Below, piece after piece: positions 27,736 to 39,182 of a stretch of 64,000 nucleotides of DNA. The DNA comes from Trichodelitschia bisporula (Eukaryota). The translations under genes were made by a program, and so were the position numbers. Below the pieces are notes generated by a model. That model had not been told where the DNA came from, did not search any database, and was given only the letters and a program-made list of their open reading frames with translations. The DNA lies in NCBI GenBank assembly GCA_010356995.1, contig ML996697.1, forward strand, positions 853,793 through 917,792, read 5' to 3'. The first letter of the stretch is position 1, and each line of letters starts with the position of its first letter.

Positions 27736-28446
27736 TTTCGCGGTGGTTGAACGGTGAGGTTGCTACTGCAGATGGATGGTTGCAGGGCGGGCGATGGTGA
27801 TGGTGGAGCGAGGTTTGTGTTGTGTGGTTTTCGGTGTGGCGGCGCCCTCAGTTTGCCGACAGTGGGAGTGTGCGTGTGTGGCCCCGCGAAGCGCCAAGAC
27901 TCGGTTTTCGTTCGTTGAAGGACTTTTCAGGCATTCACAAGGCATAAAGAACTAAGGCATAAGTTTAAGGCACCGACATTCTCGGGCCACTGCATAATCA
28001 CGTGAGCTGCACCACAAAAACGGGGTCAGTCGTTTCTGGAAGCTTGGCAATGACTACAGGCCAGTTTGGGCACGGTGCGCGCAGCCGGTCTCTCCCAATC
28101 TCTCCCAATCTCCCTCCCCTTCTCTGCCAATCACTCTGCACTCCCTGTCAACTTTCGCTCCCTCCCCCTCCTTCCCATACATCGTGCTTTCAGTGATCTT
28201 CAATTGCCACCACTTTCGGCGTTCTTGTCACTATCTCATGCGTTAGGAGTCTCTTAGCTCAACCTCTCTGTTCTCGAAAGCCAGCCCTTCGGTGCTTGTC
28301 TTAGCGCGCCCCCTCACCTTACCTTCTCCGGTCGCAATCAAGCCACACTCATTTCCCTCCGCCCTTCAACAAACGGTCGCGTACCTCTCCTTGTCCGTCA
28401 ATCGCACGCAACCCACGCAACCATCCATCCATCTCCAACCGTCATC

Positions 28447-28848
28447 ATGATGCCTGCGCCGTATGAGCCTCGCGCTGGAGATGGCAGCCGCAACAGAAGG
28501 CAGGGCATGGCGGAATTGAAGCTCCGCCGTCTCAATGAGCTCAATGCTAGGCTGCGGGAGGATCTCGAGCGTCGTCGGATACCCGTGTCAGAAGCTGCGA
28601 ATGAGTACGATCCCACGCGCTCTTGTCTGTCCTCTCAGTGCAATATGCTAATTCAGCGCGCCATTCAGCTTGATCAACTTCACCGAGAAGGAGCCGAAGG
28701 ATTTCATGGTGCCGTCTGTCTGGGGAACTGTATGCCACCCCCTTTCACAAACTCGGTACTTTTATACTGACGCAATATCTCGTAGGTCGGCAAGGGCGAG
28801 GATCCATACGCACCTCAGCCTTCCGGCGGCTGCTGTATCTTGATGTAA
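28447..28848 (+). CDS. Heterotrimeric G-protein gamma subunit (Ste18/GpgA/Gng-1 type); exons 28447-28604, 28669-28729, 28786-28848
   Basis: Reads MAELKLRRLNELNARLREDLERRRIPVSEAA...KDFMVPSVWG...DPYAPQPSGGCCILM*, ending in a CCaaX prenylation/palmitoylation signal. Confidence 0.93.
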
Positions 28849-29934
28849 AGTGATGGCACTCAAACTTGCTGCCTCTTCACTTTCACACACAATCCTGTTT
28901 CGAAAATGGCGCTGGGGCTTCATGTTTCACAAGGAGGATATGGGGGCATTCGCAACTGGAAAAGGTGCGGTTTGTGGCACGGGTTATACCCATTCTTTGA
29001 GGTTTATGCCTTGGCCGAATGGGCATGACAGCTCATGAGCCCGAAGACCTTCGACATGCTCCTTTCGGCTCGCTATTTACGGCTTTCTTGTTCTCGCTGC
29101 TGCGGTCGAGGCTGCATAATGTCAAGTACGGTCCAACACTCCCGCCGCGGAACTAGGTCGTCCTGAGGCCTCTCTAAGGTCGTTGTTTCCTTTGTCCGGG
29201 CTCTCCAGTTATGGTGCCTATGCACGGAGTTTCTCTAAGACTCTTGCTGTCGATTGAAGGGCTCATCACGGTGGGGTTGTGGCGCGATTCCTTATTGTCC
29301 GTATGTTTTCGCAAGTACATATGTTAATGCTAAACTATGTAAAATACTGATGTCTTCTGAAATTGATGAAACCCGTCACCAGCAATTTAGCTAACATTCC
29401 ATAGGGTGTCATGCGCAGCATTGAATTCCCTGAGCTTCTTATCTTGGAACCGTTCGGTCTGATTGCGCGATCGAATGCTTTGCGGAATTCGAGCACGCCA
29501 GAACTTCGCAAGACAGGGGCCCGGCATTCCATGTAGCCGGAATCGAGGAAAGCTTTGCGGTTCTCATCCTGCTGATGTGCTGCCAAGTTACCCCATAATC
29601 TGGTTGATGGACAACTGTTGACTAGGGTGTATCGGCCACGATACTGTAGATAAAAGCCTGTGCATGCGGTATGCTCTTCGACTCCCACAAAGGTAATCAA
29701 GAGAGCTCAAGCTCGCCACACAAACTCTCAATGACGCGAGCCCTAACCCCGTGCCGCGTAGCTACCTATTAATCCATGAGGCGCTCTACACTCCGCAGCA
29801 AGATAAGTTGTCCGCCCGGTCGATCTAGCTATGCGAGAACGGCACGTTCTTGGCCGACTCACCCTCCATTAAATAGCTCAGGTGCTCTCCATTATCTGGG
29901 CGATCCCTTGTCCATCCCCATAAACAACGCTACC

Positions 29935-31024
29935 ATGGCTGCCCCGCTCGCGAAAGTCGGCATCATTTCCATTGGTGAGATGGGCTTGGGCGTCGCCAAG
30001 CTTCTTACTGCGGTTCGTCAACCCACATGCTCCATGGCTCTATTTGCACCACATTAAACTGACGATATGCATTGTGATAGAACGGCTTCGCAGTCCTCAC
30101 CAACATCGAGGGCCGCAGGCACGTCCCGCCCATCCAGCTACAGCGCTGCAACTAACGCCCCGCAGCTCCGCAACCCGCGCCCGTGCCGAGTCCGCCAAAA
30201 TATCCCTGGTCCCGACGGATGCTGCCCTGGTCGAGGGCTCGGACTACATCATCTCCATCGTGCCGCCGCGCGACGCGGCTGCCACCGCTGAGCGCATCAT
30301 CTCTGCCCATGCGGCGCTTGCGCAACCTCCCAGCCCGTTATACTTCCTGGACCTGAATGCTGTGTCTCCGGGCTCGGCGAATAAGATCGCGAGCGCGTTT
30401 GCCGAGCGTGCCCCGGCTATTCGGTTTGTGGATGGTGGGATTATCGGCGGGCCGCCGCGCGCGTTAAAGGCTGCGGACGGTAGCTCGGACGCTCCCAAAT
30501 GGTATCTGCCTAGTATCGTGTTGTCCGGGCCGTATGTGCTGGCGGAGGCACCGAAGGCGGGGTCCACGCTGGCCTCGGTGCTGAACACGAAGAATGTGGG
30601 CGGGGAAGTGGGGCTCGCAAGCGGACTGAAGTGCTGCTACGCCTCTCTGTCCAAGGGATTTACGGCGCTAGCCATCCAGTCCTTCAGCACGGCTGCACGC
30701 CTCGGTGTTCTGGAACAGCTGCAGGCGCATCTGGGCGAGGCGAAGAAAAATCAGATCACGAATAGCCTGCAAGGGATGCCACCGAAGGCGGGGCGATGGG
30801 TGGAGGAGATGCATGAGATTGGGAAGACATTCCGTGAGGCCGGGGGGTGGGGACATGCGGATGGGACGGATCCGAGCGTGTTTGATGAGATTGCGCTGGT
30901 GTATAGGTTTATTGCTGAGGGGAGTGAGCTGGGGAAGGAGCAGAGTGGGAATAGAGTGCGGGGTACTACGGTGGATGATGTTGTTAAGGCGATTCATGAG
31001 GGCTTGGATGGTGGTGCTAAGTAG
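29935..31024 (+). CDS. NAD(P)-binding 6-phosphogluconate/3-hydroxyisobutyrate-dehydrogenase-like protein (DUF1932 type); exons 29935-30012, 30081-30118, 30166-31024
   Basis: Rossmann start VGIISIGEMGLG, then ISIVPP, DLNAVSP, FVDGGIIGGPP, ASGLKCCYASLSKG and MPPKAGRWVEEMHEI. The second intron is GC-AG. Confidence 0.85.
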
Positions 31025-31348
31025 TTGCTTAATAGCCGTACTACGGGTGAATTTATGCATGTCGCTGTGGAGCTATAGAAGCTCACGAGGCTTGATGCTG
31101 TTTTGAGTTGGCCCGTACTTTTCAAAATCATTCACTGAGAGCGTGCCGCACGAACCTTGAAGTTGGAGAGCGCATCCTCATCTTTGTCGGCCCAAGGCGC
31201 AGAAGTGGCGTTCGCCTCACCTGCCGACCTGTGGAGGTGCGGGGCATGAGTTCGAACCATCACTCCGATATCGTCGTTCCGAAGCGTCCGCTTAAAACAA
31301 CTTGCATCATTCAACCCCTCGTTTTCCACACTCTCTCTCTATCTCTCA

Positions 31349-31711
31349 ATGTCGAAACCGCTGTGGGCGCAGTTTCATCCCAACACTGACTTAACTCGGC
31401 GAATCAACATCTTCTGGGGTGCAGTTAGCGACACCGGCTCAGACAGTCAGACTATTACCTTAATGGAGGAATTGCATTCCTCTTTATCCGAGTTTCTAAC
31501 GGCATATGAAGGCCGTTCGACGACGGATAGTGCTTCTAAGCACGGAGTCAAGGCCCTTATCGTTCGTGCTGTGGAGTGCTCGGAGCAATTATGCATAGCT
31601 CCGGCGAAAGAGGATGGGGGCAGGTACCGAGATGAGGCATGGAAGCTTGACAGCTTGATTTGGGAGATCGATGAACTCCTGGAGGTCTCCTACTGGCAGA
31701 GTTCGGGCTAG
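31349..31711 (+). CDS. Small alpha-helical hypothetical protein (120 aa), tandem family member 1
   Basis: Intact ATG-to-stop ORF after a CT-rich leader. Amphipathic helical periodicity. The segment EELHSSLSEFLTAY resembles segments in the next two ORFs. Confidence 0.55.
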   Translation: MSKPLWAQFHPNTDLTRRINIFWGAVSDTGSDSQTITLMEELHSSLSEFLTAYEGRSTTDSASKHGVKALIVRAVECSEQLCIAPAKEDGGRYRDEAWKLDSLIWEIDELLEVSYWQSSG

Positions 31712-32499
31712 GGGATAAGAATCCAGTCGCTGTTTGCTCAGTCTCTTACGATTTGTAGGGTTTTGGTTACTTTGTTCGTTGCTTGGATTGCATTCAGTCT
31801 GAGCAGCAATGCTTTAGGTGTGGTGTCTGCTATGGACGATACCGCCATTCTCTCAATAGTTCTGGGTTTTGACCCTCGATGGAGGGCGGTATCAATTGCG
31901 AAGGTTTTAATGTTGTCCGCATCTCAGAGCTCGTAATGATCCCTCAGGGAAAGCCTAGTCGGCTAAATATCACGAGTGACTACTTGACAATCCGATCCTC
32001 CGCCACCCTCTGACCCACCTCCCAAGGCAAGTATCGATATTTAAGAGGCTCTAGTTCTAAAGCGTCCTACGCCTAGTACATCCTTGTGCAAGTGATAACC
32101 ATCTTCACCCTACTCGACATCCATGACTGAGGCCGAGTAATCGGGTGCCTGGGGTGGTTGCATATTGGACACGGGCCGCTTTTGGGTTCTTTCGGACATT
32201 CCATCTCTTGTTCTCGTTCGGCTGGCCAGGCATCTGAACGGCCGGAGAAGAGTATTTGTACGTTAGCGAATGGCAGAAATTTGCATGTGTAGAGGACCCG
32301 AAATCGTCGGTCTGTCCTCGTGCTGCTTCTTTCGGCAAAGGCGAGGCCCAGCCGACATGGTCGCATTAGAGGGAAGTGTTCGGTGTGGCTGTGCAAATGG
32401 GGAAGGCCAACATCGCGCGATAACCCTGCCTGCCTGCTCAGCTGCGCCTCATAAAGCTCGCAACAGCACCGTCGTCCATCAGCATCTTCCGTGCTCGCC

Positions 32500-32868
32500 A
32501 TGTCGATATCAGTCGCAAGACAGCTCGCCAGCCTTCTCGACGAAGTTTTTTCGCTTCTCTCAGACATTGTCCAAAAGCGACATGAACCGGCTACACTGGA
32601 GATTCAGACCGACGAAGTATACACGATGCTCGCCGATTTCCTCGAATTTTTCAAAGCCCATGGGGACATCGCCACGCAGAAGGACGGCAAGGCAGCGATT
32701 GCCTCGCTCACTGACTCTGTGGACCGCGCCGAAGCCCTCCATATTCTCACCAAATGCCTGGACAAGCGCCGCGAGAGTACTGCCGATGAGCTGACATCGT
32801 TTGAGCGGGCGTATGTCGAGTTGCACTGGTCGCTTTGGAGACTTGGGAAATCGCTCCTGGATTGGTGA
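32500..32868 (+). CDS. Small alpha-helical hypothetical protein (122 aa), tandem family member 2
   Basis: GCCATG start at 32500. Globular helical composition. Motif DEVYTMLADFLEFF. Confidence 0.62.
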   Translation: MSISVARQLASLLDEVFSLLSDIVQKRHEPATLEIQTDEVYTMLADFLEFFKAHGDIATQKDGKAAIASLTDSVDRAEALHILTKCLDKRRESTADELTSFERAYVELHWSLWRLGKSLLDW

Positions 32869-33223
32869 TATGGCTCCTGGAGGTGGAGATGTGGGCAAGC
32901 GGCCGATTCCCCGCATGTACAGCCCCTTAGGTTCCTCGCAGGCATCATGTGGGGCAAAGGAAGGGGCGAACCGGTGCAGCATCCCGTCGAACTTCCACAC
33001 AACCCTCATTTCTTCAGTTTGTGGGGAATTGTCTGAGTTTCTTTGCAAGTCTGCGTGCCGATTTGCGGGGAGGAGCGAGCGGGCCGATGGCATTGCCTGC
33101 TGCTGGACGCCTGAATGAGGTCCAGCCCAACCGACCCCGCACTTTAGTTCTAAAAGCGGGCACTTCCGCGTCTCGCTCTACCGTGAGGTTACAGGTACAT
33201 CAACCCATCCACTCCTCCCTGAA

Positions 33224-33649
33224 ATGGCACCCTCGATGATCGACCAACTGGCCGCATTCGTCCACGAAATCGATGAAATTCTGGGCGAAACGTTCTCTTC
33301 GGACTATATGGCTGTTTCCCCTGCGGCTTCCCCCCCCGGAATGAACAGGTTCACTGAAGTCCGGAGCGTCATGGACGACTTCTGCGACGACTTCAAGCGG
33401 CAGCAAGCGTTCGGCAGCCAGGAACTCCAGGAAGAGATTATGCGACACCTTGATACGGCGATCAGAGCATGTGGACGCGTAGATGACGGAATGAGGAGTG
33501 GAGCCTATAATGGGTGCGACAAGAAGGGTGACCTTATGCTTGGTCAGGCGCTGTACGTGCTTTCAAAGTCTGTTCACCGCCTCAAGATGATCGTAGAGCA
33601 CAACAAAGGCTCTCCCAATGAGGGGACTGGAACAGTGTATGACGGCTAG
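33224..33649 (+). CDS. Small alpha-helical hypothetical protein (141 aa), tandem family member 3
   Basis: AAATGG start. The N-terminus QLAAFVHEIDEIL resembles QLASLLDEVFSLL of member 2. Motif TEVRSVMDDFCDDF. Confidence 0.62.
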   Translation: MAPSMIDQLAAFVHEIDEILGETFSSDYMAVSPAASPPGMNRFTEVRSVMDDFCDDFKRQQAFGSQELQEEIMRHLDTAIRACGRVDDGMRSGAYNGCDKKGDLMLGQALYVLSKSVHRLKMIVEHNKGSPNEGTGTVYDG

Positions 33650-34125
33650 TTGTGTGTTGTATCATAGTGTTAAAATGAGACGTGAAGTCAATTTCATTGC
33701 ATGGTTGCCCAACAGTGCGAATGGGCTGAACGTCATCGATCTACGCTTGTCGTTGCACAAACCGGACCGTGCGGACCTAATCCCGTACTCCAACCATGGG
33801 CGCCGGCCCGTCCCGAGTGCCCTCGCCCCACCTCGTACCCCGCCGCAGGACTATCGCGAACCTAAACCTAACTTCAACATGGCCATCACTGAACAGCAGC
33901 AAGACTCAATCGCGAACAACATGCCCGCCCCTAATTCCCCATGCCTCCGCCAAGGCACCATGCACGATCACAGTGCTGCTGCGCCACCCCCCGGCCTCAG
34001 CCTCGTGCCGCTAAAGGCCCAGCCTTAAGCGCCGCACATCCGCACCCTCCCCCGCAGCACGACCCTCAACACCCTCCTCCCACGATCGACCCACCTTATG
34101 CTCACCTCACAACGGCCCCACGCGA

Positions 34126-36204
34126 ATGCCTAGCACCGTCAGCGCTACCGCGCGTGAAATTCCCCTCCCGGAAAGTGCGCCCGGCAGCACCATCGTAACC
34201 TACACAACCGCCACCTCTACCATCGCCACCTCGGGCACCATTACCGCCCGCGCCCTCGCCAGAGTAGACACCTCCACCCTCTTTACTACAATCACTGAAG
34301 CCCGCACCACCGCCCGCGATCTAAGGACCCTCCTCCGCCGCACCCCCGCCTCGCAACTAGCCACCGACCCCGCGCTCACAGACGCCGTCAAAGCATGCCG
34401 CACAGCGCAGCGGGATCTGTCTGCCCTGGAGCCCGTGCTGGCGGAGGTAACTCTTGCTCTCGAAAGATTTGATAACGGGTTGTGCGGGGAGGAGGAGGGG
34501 AAGGGAGTGCCGGAGCGGGCAGAAGTGGCGGTAGCAGAGAATGCGCTAACATGGAGACCGTTTCATCCGACCATCACTGACGCACGCGGCTCCGCCCACC
34601 GCCTAACGACGCTCCTTTGCCATACCCCGGCCTCACAAGTTACTACCAACCCCGCGTTCGCAGAGATCGTCATAACATGTCGAATGGCGCAGCGGGGCTT
34701 ACTCGCCCTGGAGCCCGTGCTGGCGGAGGTAACTCGTGCGCTCAAGATATATGACGGGGAGGAGGAGGATTTGGTCCCGTTTTTCAAGCGCAGTTTTGGG
34801 AAAGATCAGCAGGAAGCCGTACCTCTCAATGACACGGCCGGCCGCCCGCCCAAACCCATTGTATCATACCAACCCACCATATCCTCACATGACAACCGCC
34901 CCGTCCGAGCGCGTAGCACCATCAGCGCCTCCGCACGCGAAATTCCCCTCCCGGAAAGCGCGCGCGGCAGCACCCTCCTAACCCGCACAACCGTCACCAC
35001 TACCTTCGTGCCCGACTTCGCCCTCTCTACCACCATCACCGAAGCAGGCCTCTCCGCCCGTCACCTTAGGTCACTCCTCCGCCGCACTCCCGCGTCTCAA
35101 CTAGCCACCGACCCCGTGCTCGCACGAGCCGTAAAAGCATGCCGCACAGCGCGGCGCGATTTATTTGCCCTGGAGCTTGTGCTGGGCACACGTGGGACCG
35201 GGGTGGGGGCGGAGGTCAATGTTGCGTTGGAGAAATATTGGAGCGCGCTACGCGGGGAGAAGGAGGGGCTGGAGGTGGGGGAGGGGGCAGAGGGGGGAGA
35301 TACGGATGACACGCTGGCGGAGGAACCGTATTTCAATCGCCGCCCGGCTTTCCCCAGGCGCGCACTTGCCGCGAACCTTCCAGAGCGAAAAGGGCTGCTC
35401 GCCCGAGGATCGTCGCTGTGGACGGAGACACGCCAGCCGCCTGAACCGGTGCGGGAAGACCTGCCGGTCGAACTAGGGAAGGAAGCACCGCCGCTCAAAC
35501 CGGAGAATGAAGCCGCGCCTCTCAATGATACCGACGCCTACCCGTCTAACACCGTTGCGCTGGATGCCAGCGCCCTCGTCCGCGCGTACTTCGCCGGTAC
35601 ACTCCTCCCACCATCCGCCCTCGCCGCACACATGCGAGAAGCGCATGCCTCAGCGCAGCGCTTGCGGGAACTTCTTTTGCAAGCAGACGTAGATCGGGAG
35701 GAGTTGTATGCGGCCTCGCTGCGATGTTGTACGGTGCTGTTTTCTCTGGATTTGTGTACTGATATCATACGGCGCGAGGGGTATTCAAATGAAGTTACGA
35801 GGATGACGGTGGCGTATGCTAGGTTTGAGGTGAGGTTGGCGGTGGCAGAGTATGAGCGCGCTGTGGAGGGTTGGGCGGAAGAGAGGAGGGTGGGCCAGGC
35901 GGAGTTGAAGGGTGAGCGATGGCCCGAGCAGGGACCGGAGAAGCAACAGGACGAGAAGCATGACCCGCCGGACAAAGCCGAACAGGAACTTCAGGGACTG
36001 GAAGATCGGGAAACGGAAAAGCCACGTCCACAAGTTCGGGAAGTGGCTCAGTCGGAGAACTCCTCAGAATCCGAGGAGCCCAAGCGAGCCGACCCAGCCC
36101 CACGCTATGAAGTCCAAGAGCAGAGACCGGATCAGGACGTCTCCGGGCATAGTCGGTGCAATTTCTGTCCTTTCGTACATATCTTTTGGCGTTTTGGAAG
36201 GTGA
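34126..36204 (+). CDS. Protein with four GAT-like repeats (692 aa), GAT family member A
   Basis: Repeats at about 34279-34473, 34561-34755, 35023-35250 and 35605-35868 match the pattern TI.EAR.SA..L..LL..TP......P.......C. Internal DNA duplication 34126-34500 vs 34900-35300. Ends RCNFCPFVHIFWRFGR. Confidence 0.75.
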   Translation: MPSTVSATAREIPLPESAPGSTIVTYTTATSTIATSGTITARALARVDTSTLFTTITEARTTARDLRTLLRRTPASQLATDPALTDAVKACRTAQRDLSALEPVLAEVTLALERFDNGLCGEEEGKGVPERAEVAVAENALTWRPFHPTITDARGSAHRLTTLLCHTPASQVTTNPAFAEIVITCRMAQRGLLALEPVLAEVTRALKIYDGEEEDLVPFFKRSFGKDQQEAVPLNDTAGRPPKPIVSYQPTISSHDNRPVRARSTISASAREIPLPESARGSTLLTRTTVTTTFVPDFALSTTITEAGLSARHLRSLLRRTPASQLATDPVLARAVKACRTARRDLFALELVLGTRGTGVGAEVNVALEKYWSALRGEKEGLEVGEGAEGGDTDDTLAEEPYFNRRPAFPRRALAANLPERKGLLARGSSLWTETRQPPEPVREDLPVELGKEAPPLKPENEAAPLNDTDAYPSNTVALDASALVRAYFAGTLLPPSALAAHMREAHASAQRLRELLLQADVDREELYAASLRCCTVLFSLDLCTDIIRREGYSNEVTRMTVAYARFEVRLAVAEYERAVEGWAEERRVGQAELKGERWPEQGPEKQQDEKHDPPDKAEQELQGLEDRETEKPRPQVREVAQSENSSESEEPKRADPAPRYEVQEQRPDQDVSGHSRCNFCPFVHIFWRFGR

Positions 36205-36720
36205 CGGAGCTGCTGGTTCAGTACTGCCACGTTAGGGAACGGTATAGATAGATTAGCAATCACGCCTTCTAACCAGGAGCATCGCGCACATAGCTATACT
36301 TCTCTTCGTACATTACTAGCGGCTAATGTCCAAGGTCGACGTCTAACATCTAGAGTCCAACGGGCAAAGCGCAGGAAATTTGCATGAAAGCTGAGTGCTA
36401 ACCCCTGAGTATTTTTCTTGGGCGAGGAATAGAAGAATAGCCATGATGCGTGCAATGGCTACGGTGTGAAGTATAAGATTGCAAAAGATGAAGGAGGGGA
36501 AGAGAAGAAAGCGGCGGAGCTGGTCAGACTATAATTACGGTATTGATGCCAAGTATCCTCCCATGTTCCTTCCTCCCATCGTGCATACATTACCATGTTC
36601 CTTCCCAAGAGTAACATGCTTGCCTTGATGCCTGCTTGCCTTGGTAAGTCTACTCCAGCAAGACTCAGTACTAGTAGGTTGAACGCTGTTAGAAGAGAAA
36701 ATTCAAAGCTTCACCCTTTA

Positions 36721-38456
36721 TTACAAGCCCAAAGACCTCCTTTCTTCCCACGCACCAATGTTGGACTTATACCGCTCACGCAACGAGACACGCACCCCCA
36801 CTTCCCTGACCAAAAGCCGTGTCATGTCGTGGATGGCACTGAAATGGCCCTTTATATCAACCGGTTCGTCGCCATACGCGGACATCTGGTGGTAAAATAT
36901 CACCTTTCTGAGCTGCGGAACCCTTTCCCGCTCGTGGGGAATGCGCCACAAGAGAGGACGCATGTGGCAGTAAACTTGGCCCACATGAATACGCACATCC
37001 TTGATGGACGGGGGCAAGATACCCGTAAGCGATCGAGGATGGAAACGCGTGCCCCGTGGCGTATGAAATGCGGCTCGTGATGGTCGCACCATTTGAGCTG
37101 AATACTCCAGGTGGGTGAGTCGCGAGGATCGGTTAAAATGGAGAATCTGCTGGCTACGAGGGATCCCCGCTTCCCCCAAGTAAGTAAATTTCAGTTGCTT
37201 AAGTGAACGTCCGTGGGTATCAGCGATGCAATTCAAGAATTCGCTGGCCTTGAAGCCGACATCTAACGGCGATTCTGACAGACTTTCGAGGGGTATGGGT
37301 GTGTCAAAGTGTGCACAGAAATCCTCTGCGCCTAACCGAGGCTCATCCATAGATTCGATCTTTTGGTCCTTCCAGGGAGGAGACACCACGGGCGCAGGAC
37401 GTGTCAAGTCCCTCGAGTTCCTTTCGAGGTGCCAGCACTCGAGAGTAAAAGAGTGAAGGAATTTCAGGGGTTCCAAGAAGTGATAAAGGCCATTTGGAGA
37501 ACCAAATCTTGTGTCATGAAGGACAAGCTCCGCGAGCGGTGCGGCAATGGGGCGTTTGAGGTTCCAGGAATATTGCTGACAGCATCGTTTACAGGATTGA
37601 ATTCGGCTGGCCTTCAGTACCGTAAGACGGGGCAACAAGAGAAAGGGAGCCAACTTGTGGAAGCAGGCACCATCTTCAAAAGTGTTTGGTCCAAGCGACA
37701 CGGCTGTGAGGTCCTGGAGGACTGTACGACCCAGATCGCACGCAATAACGTCCGGCAAGAAGCGAAGGCTGTATACGGCGTTCCAACAGATATCAAAGCC
37801 CAGACCCAATGAGCGGAGGTTCGGCAGAAGAAGTACAGCAGTGGTCACCAGAAAATCCTGCATGCTTTGCTGCTCAGGGCCCCTAAATAACAAGTCTCGG
37901 GATTCGCGATAGCTAGTTTCGGGACCCAGCAAAGTTTGCGACTCTCGCTTCAAAAACTGGATGAGCCGCTGAGCGTTCGGTAGCTTTGACAGGAGCACTG
38001 GATGCTGCTCGGCAACTTCCAGAACATGTTGCTGAAGCTCCGGGCTTTTGCTGATATACTCGGCTGCCCTCCTGTTTGCTCCAAACACGTCATCATTGTC
38101 GCCGTAGACGTACAGGCCATGAGCATAGTACAAAGCCCATTCCTGGAGGCGGCCGGGATACTCGGAGAGCAAACCAAAGAAGTGGACAACCGTTTTTCTG
38201 TTGTACGGGTGATCTCCATGTAGCCTCTTGGAGTTTTAGGGTAGTCCGGTGGAGTACTGGAGAGAAACCGAGGTCGTGCGAACTCCATGCAGAGCTGGTG
38301 ATCTGAGATGTACCCGGCCCCGACGCTATAGAGCCGCTTGCAAGTGAGAAGCAACGCCTCAAAGCTGTCGGGACGACTGTGGCTGATGATCTCGATGAGC
38401 AGCTCGTTCGGCAAGGCTAGCAGGCCTCGCAGTGCTGGGGACGGTGTGTCGGCCAT
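36721..38456 (-). CDS. F-box protein with an LRR/RNI-like C-terminal region; frame broken near 38170-38270 (short intron or frameshift)
   Basis: F-box LLALPNELLIEIISHSRPDSFEALLLTCKRLY lies in ORF 37950-38456. LRR-like segments LLPNLRSLGL, LLPRLTVLKA, LKFLHSFTL and ILPPSIKDVRI lie in ORF 36721-38172. Confidence 0.7.
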
Positions 38457-39182
38457 TGTGGCAGTTGAGAATTAATGCTGCTGCTGTTACGGAATAAGTT
38501 TGAGAGCGGAGAAACGTCTGGCAGTGGAGAAGAGGCCGATTGTGAGGAGTTGGACGTGAGAACGTGGTAGATATGGAGCGATATGGAGCGGTATGGACGT
38601 CGGCTGCGCGAGATGACGGCGGAGAAGAGCGGTAATAAGAGTAATAAGAGTAAGAAGAGAATCACGGAGCAAACAGAGTATACGTACGTTGATGCAAAGT
38701 ACATGCGGGTCGATAACGAGGCTGCGAGCCTGATTGAGGATCCGGTGCTGTTGGAGTCCACTTTCTTGCGGGGTTGCTGGCTGCCTGGCAAAGCAAGGCT
38801 GAGGGCTTGGCACGGTTCGCACAAGTCGCCGCGCCTCGTTCGGCCTGGCGCAGCAACACTGCAGCCCATCAGTACTGGATCCGTTCATAGGCCTCCCAGG
38901 TCTTCCCGACATATGTACCACGATACTTTCCTTGGTTCGGATCTACACTTTCGACGAGTCACATCCTCCGCAATGTGCCACCGCGTTGCCTCGCTGCTTC
39001 TGCCTCGTGCGGCTGAGCGCGGCCTCAGCCTTATCCCCGCTCGCCCAAAACCACTCCACTAGAGCGCTGACGTCTTTACTGTCGTCCTTCCTCCCAAATT
39101 TTCATAAGTCTTTGGCCATCCGGACAGCAAGCCCGATTCCACTGCTCCGCTAACAGCCTCATCCCCGCCGCCCATTCTCGGT

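Noticed and set aside
29335..29700. 121-aa minus-strand ORF between the G-gamma and dehydrogenase genes
   Set aside because: Non-ATG start, no motif, and it overlaps the expected promoter/terminator region.
32870..33118. Short ORF with VCGELSEFL, resembling the small helical family motif
   Set aside because: The similarity is limited to a few residues and the ORF begins right at the preceding stop codon. Could be chance.
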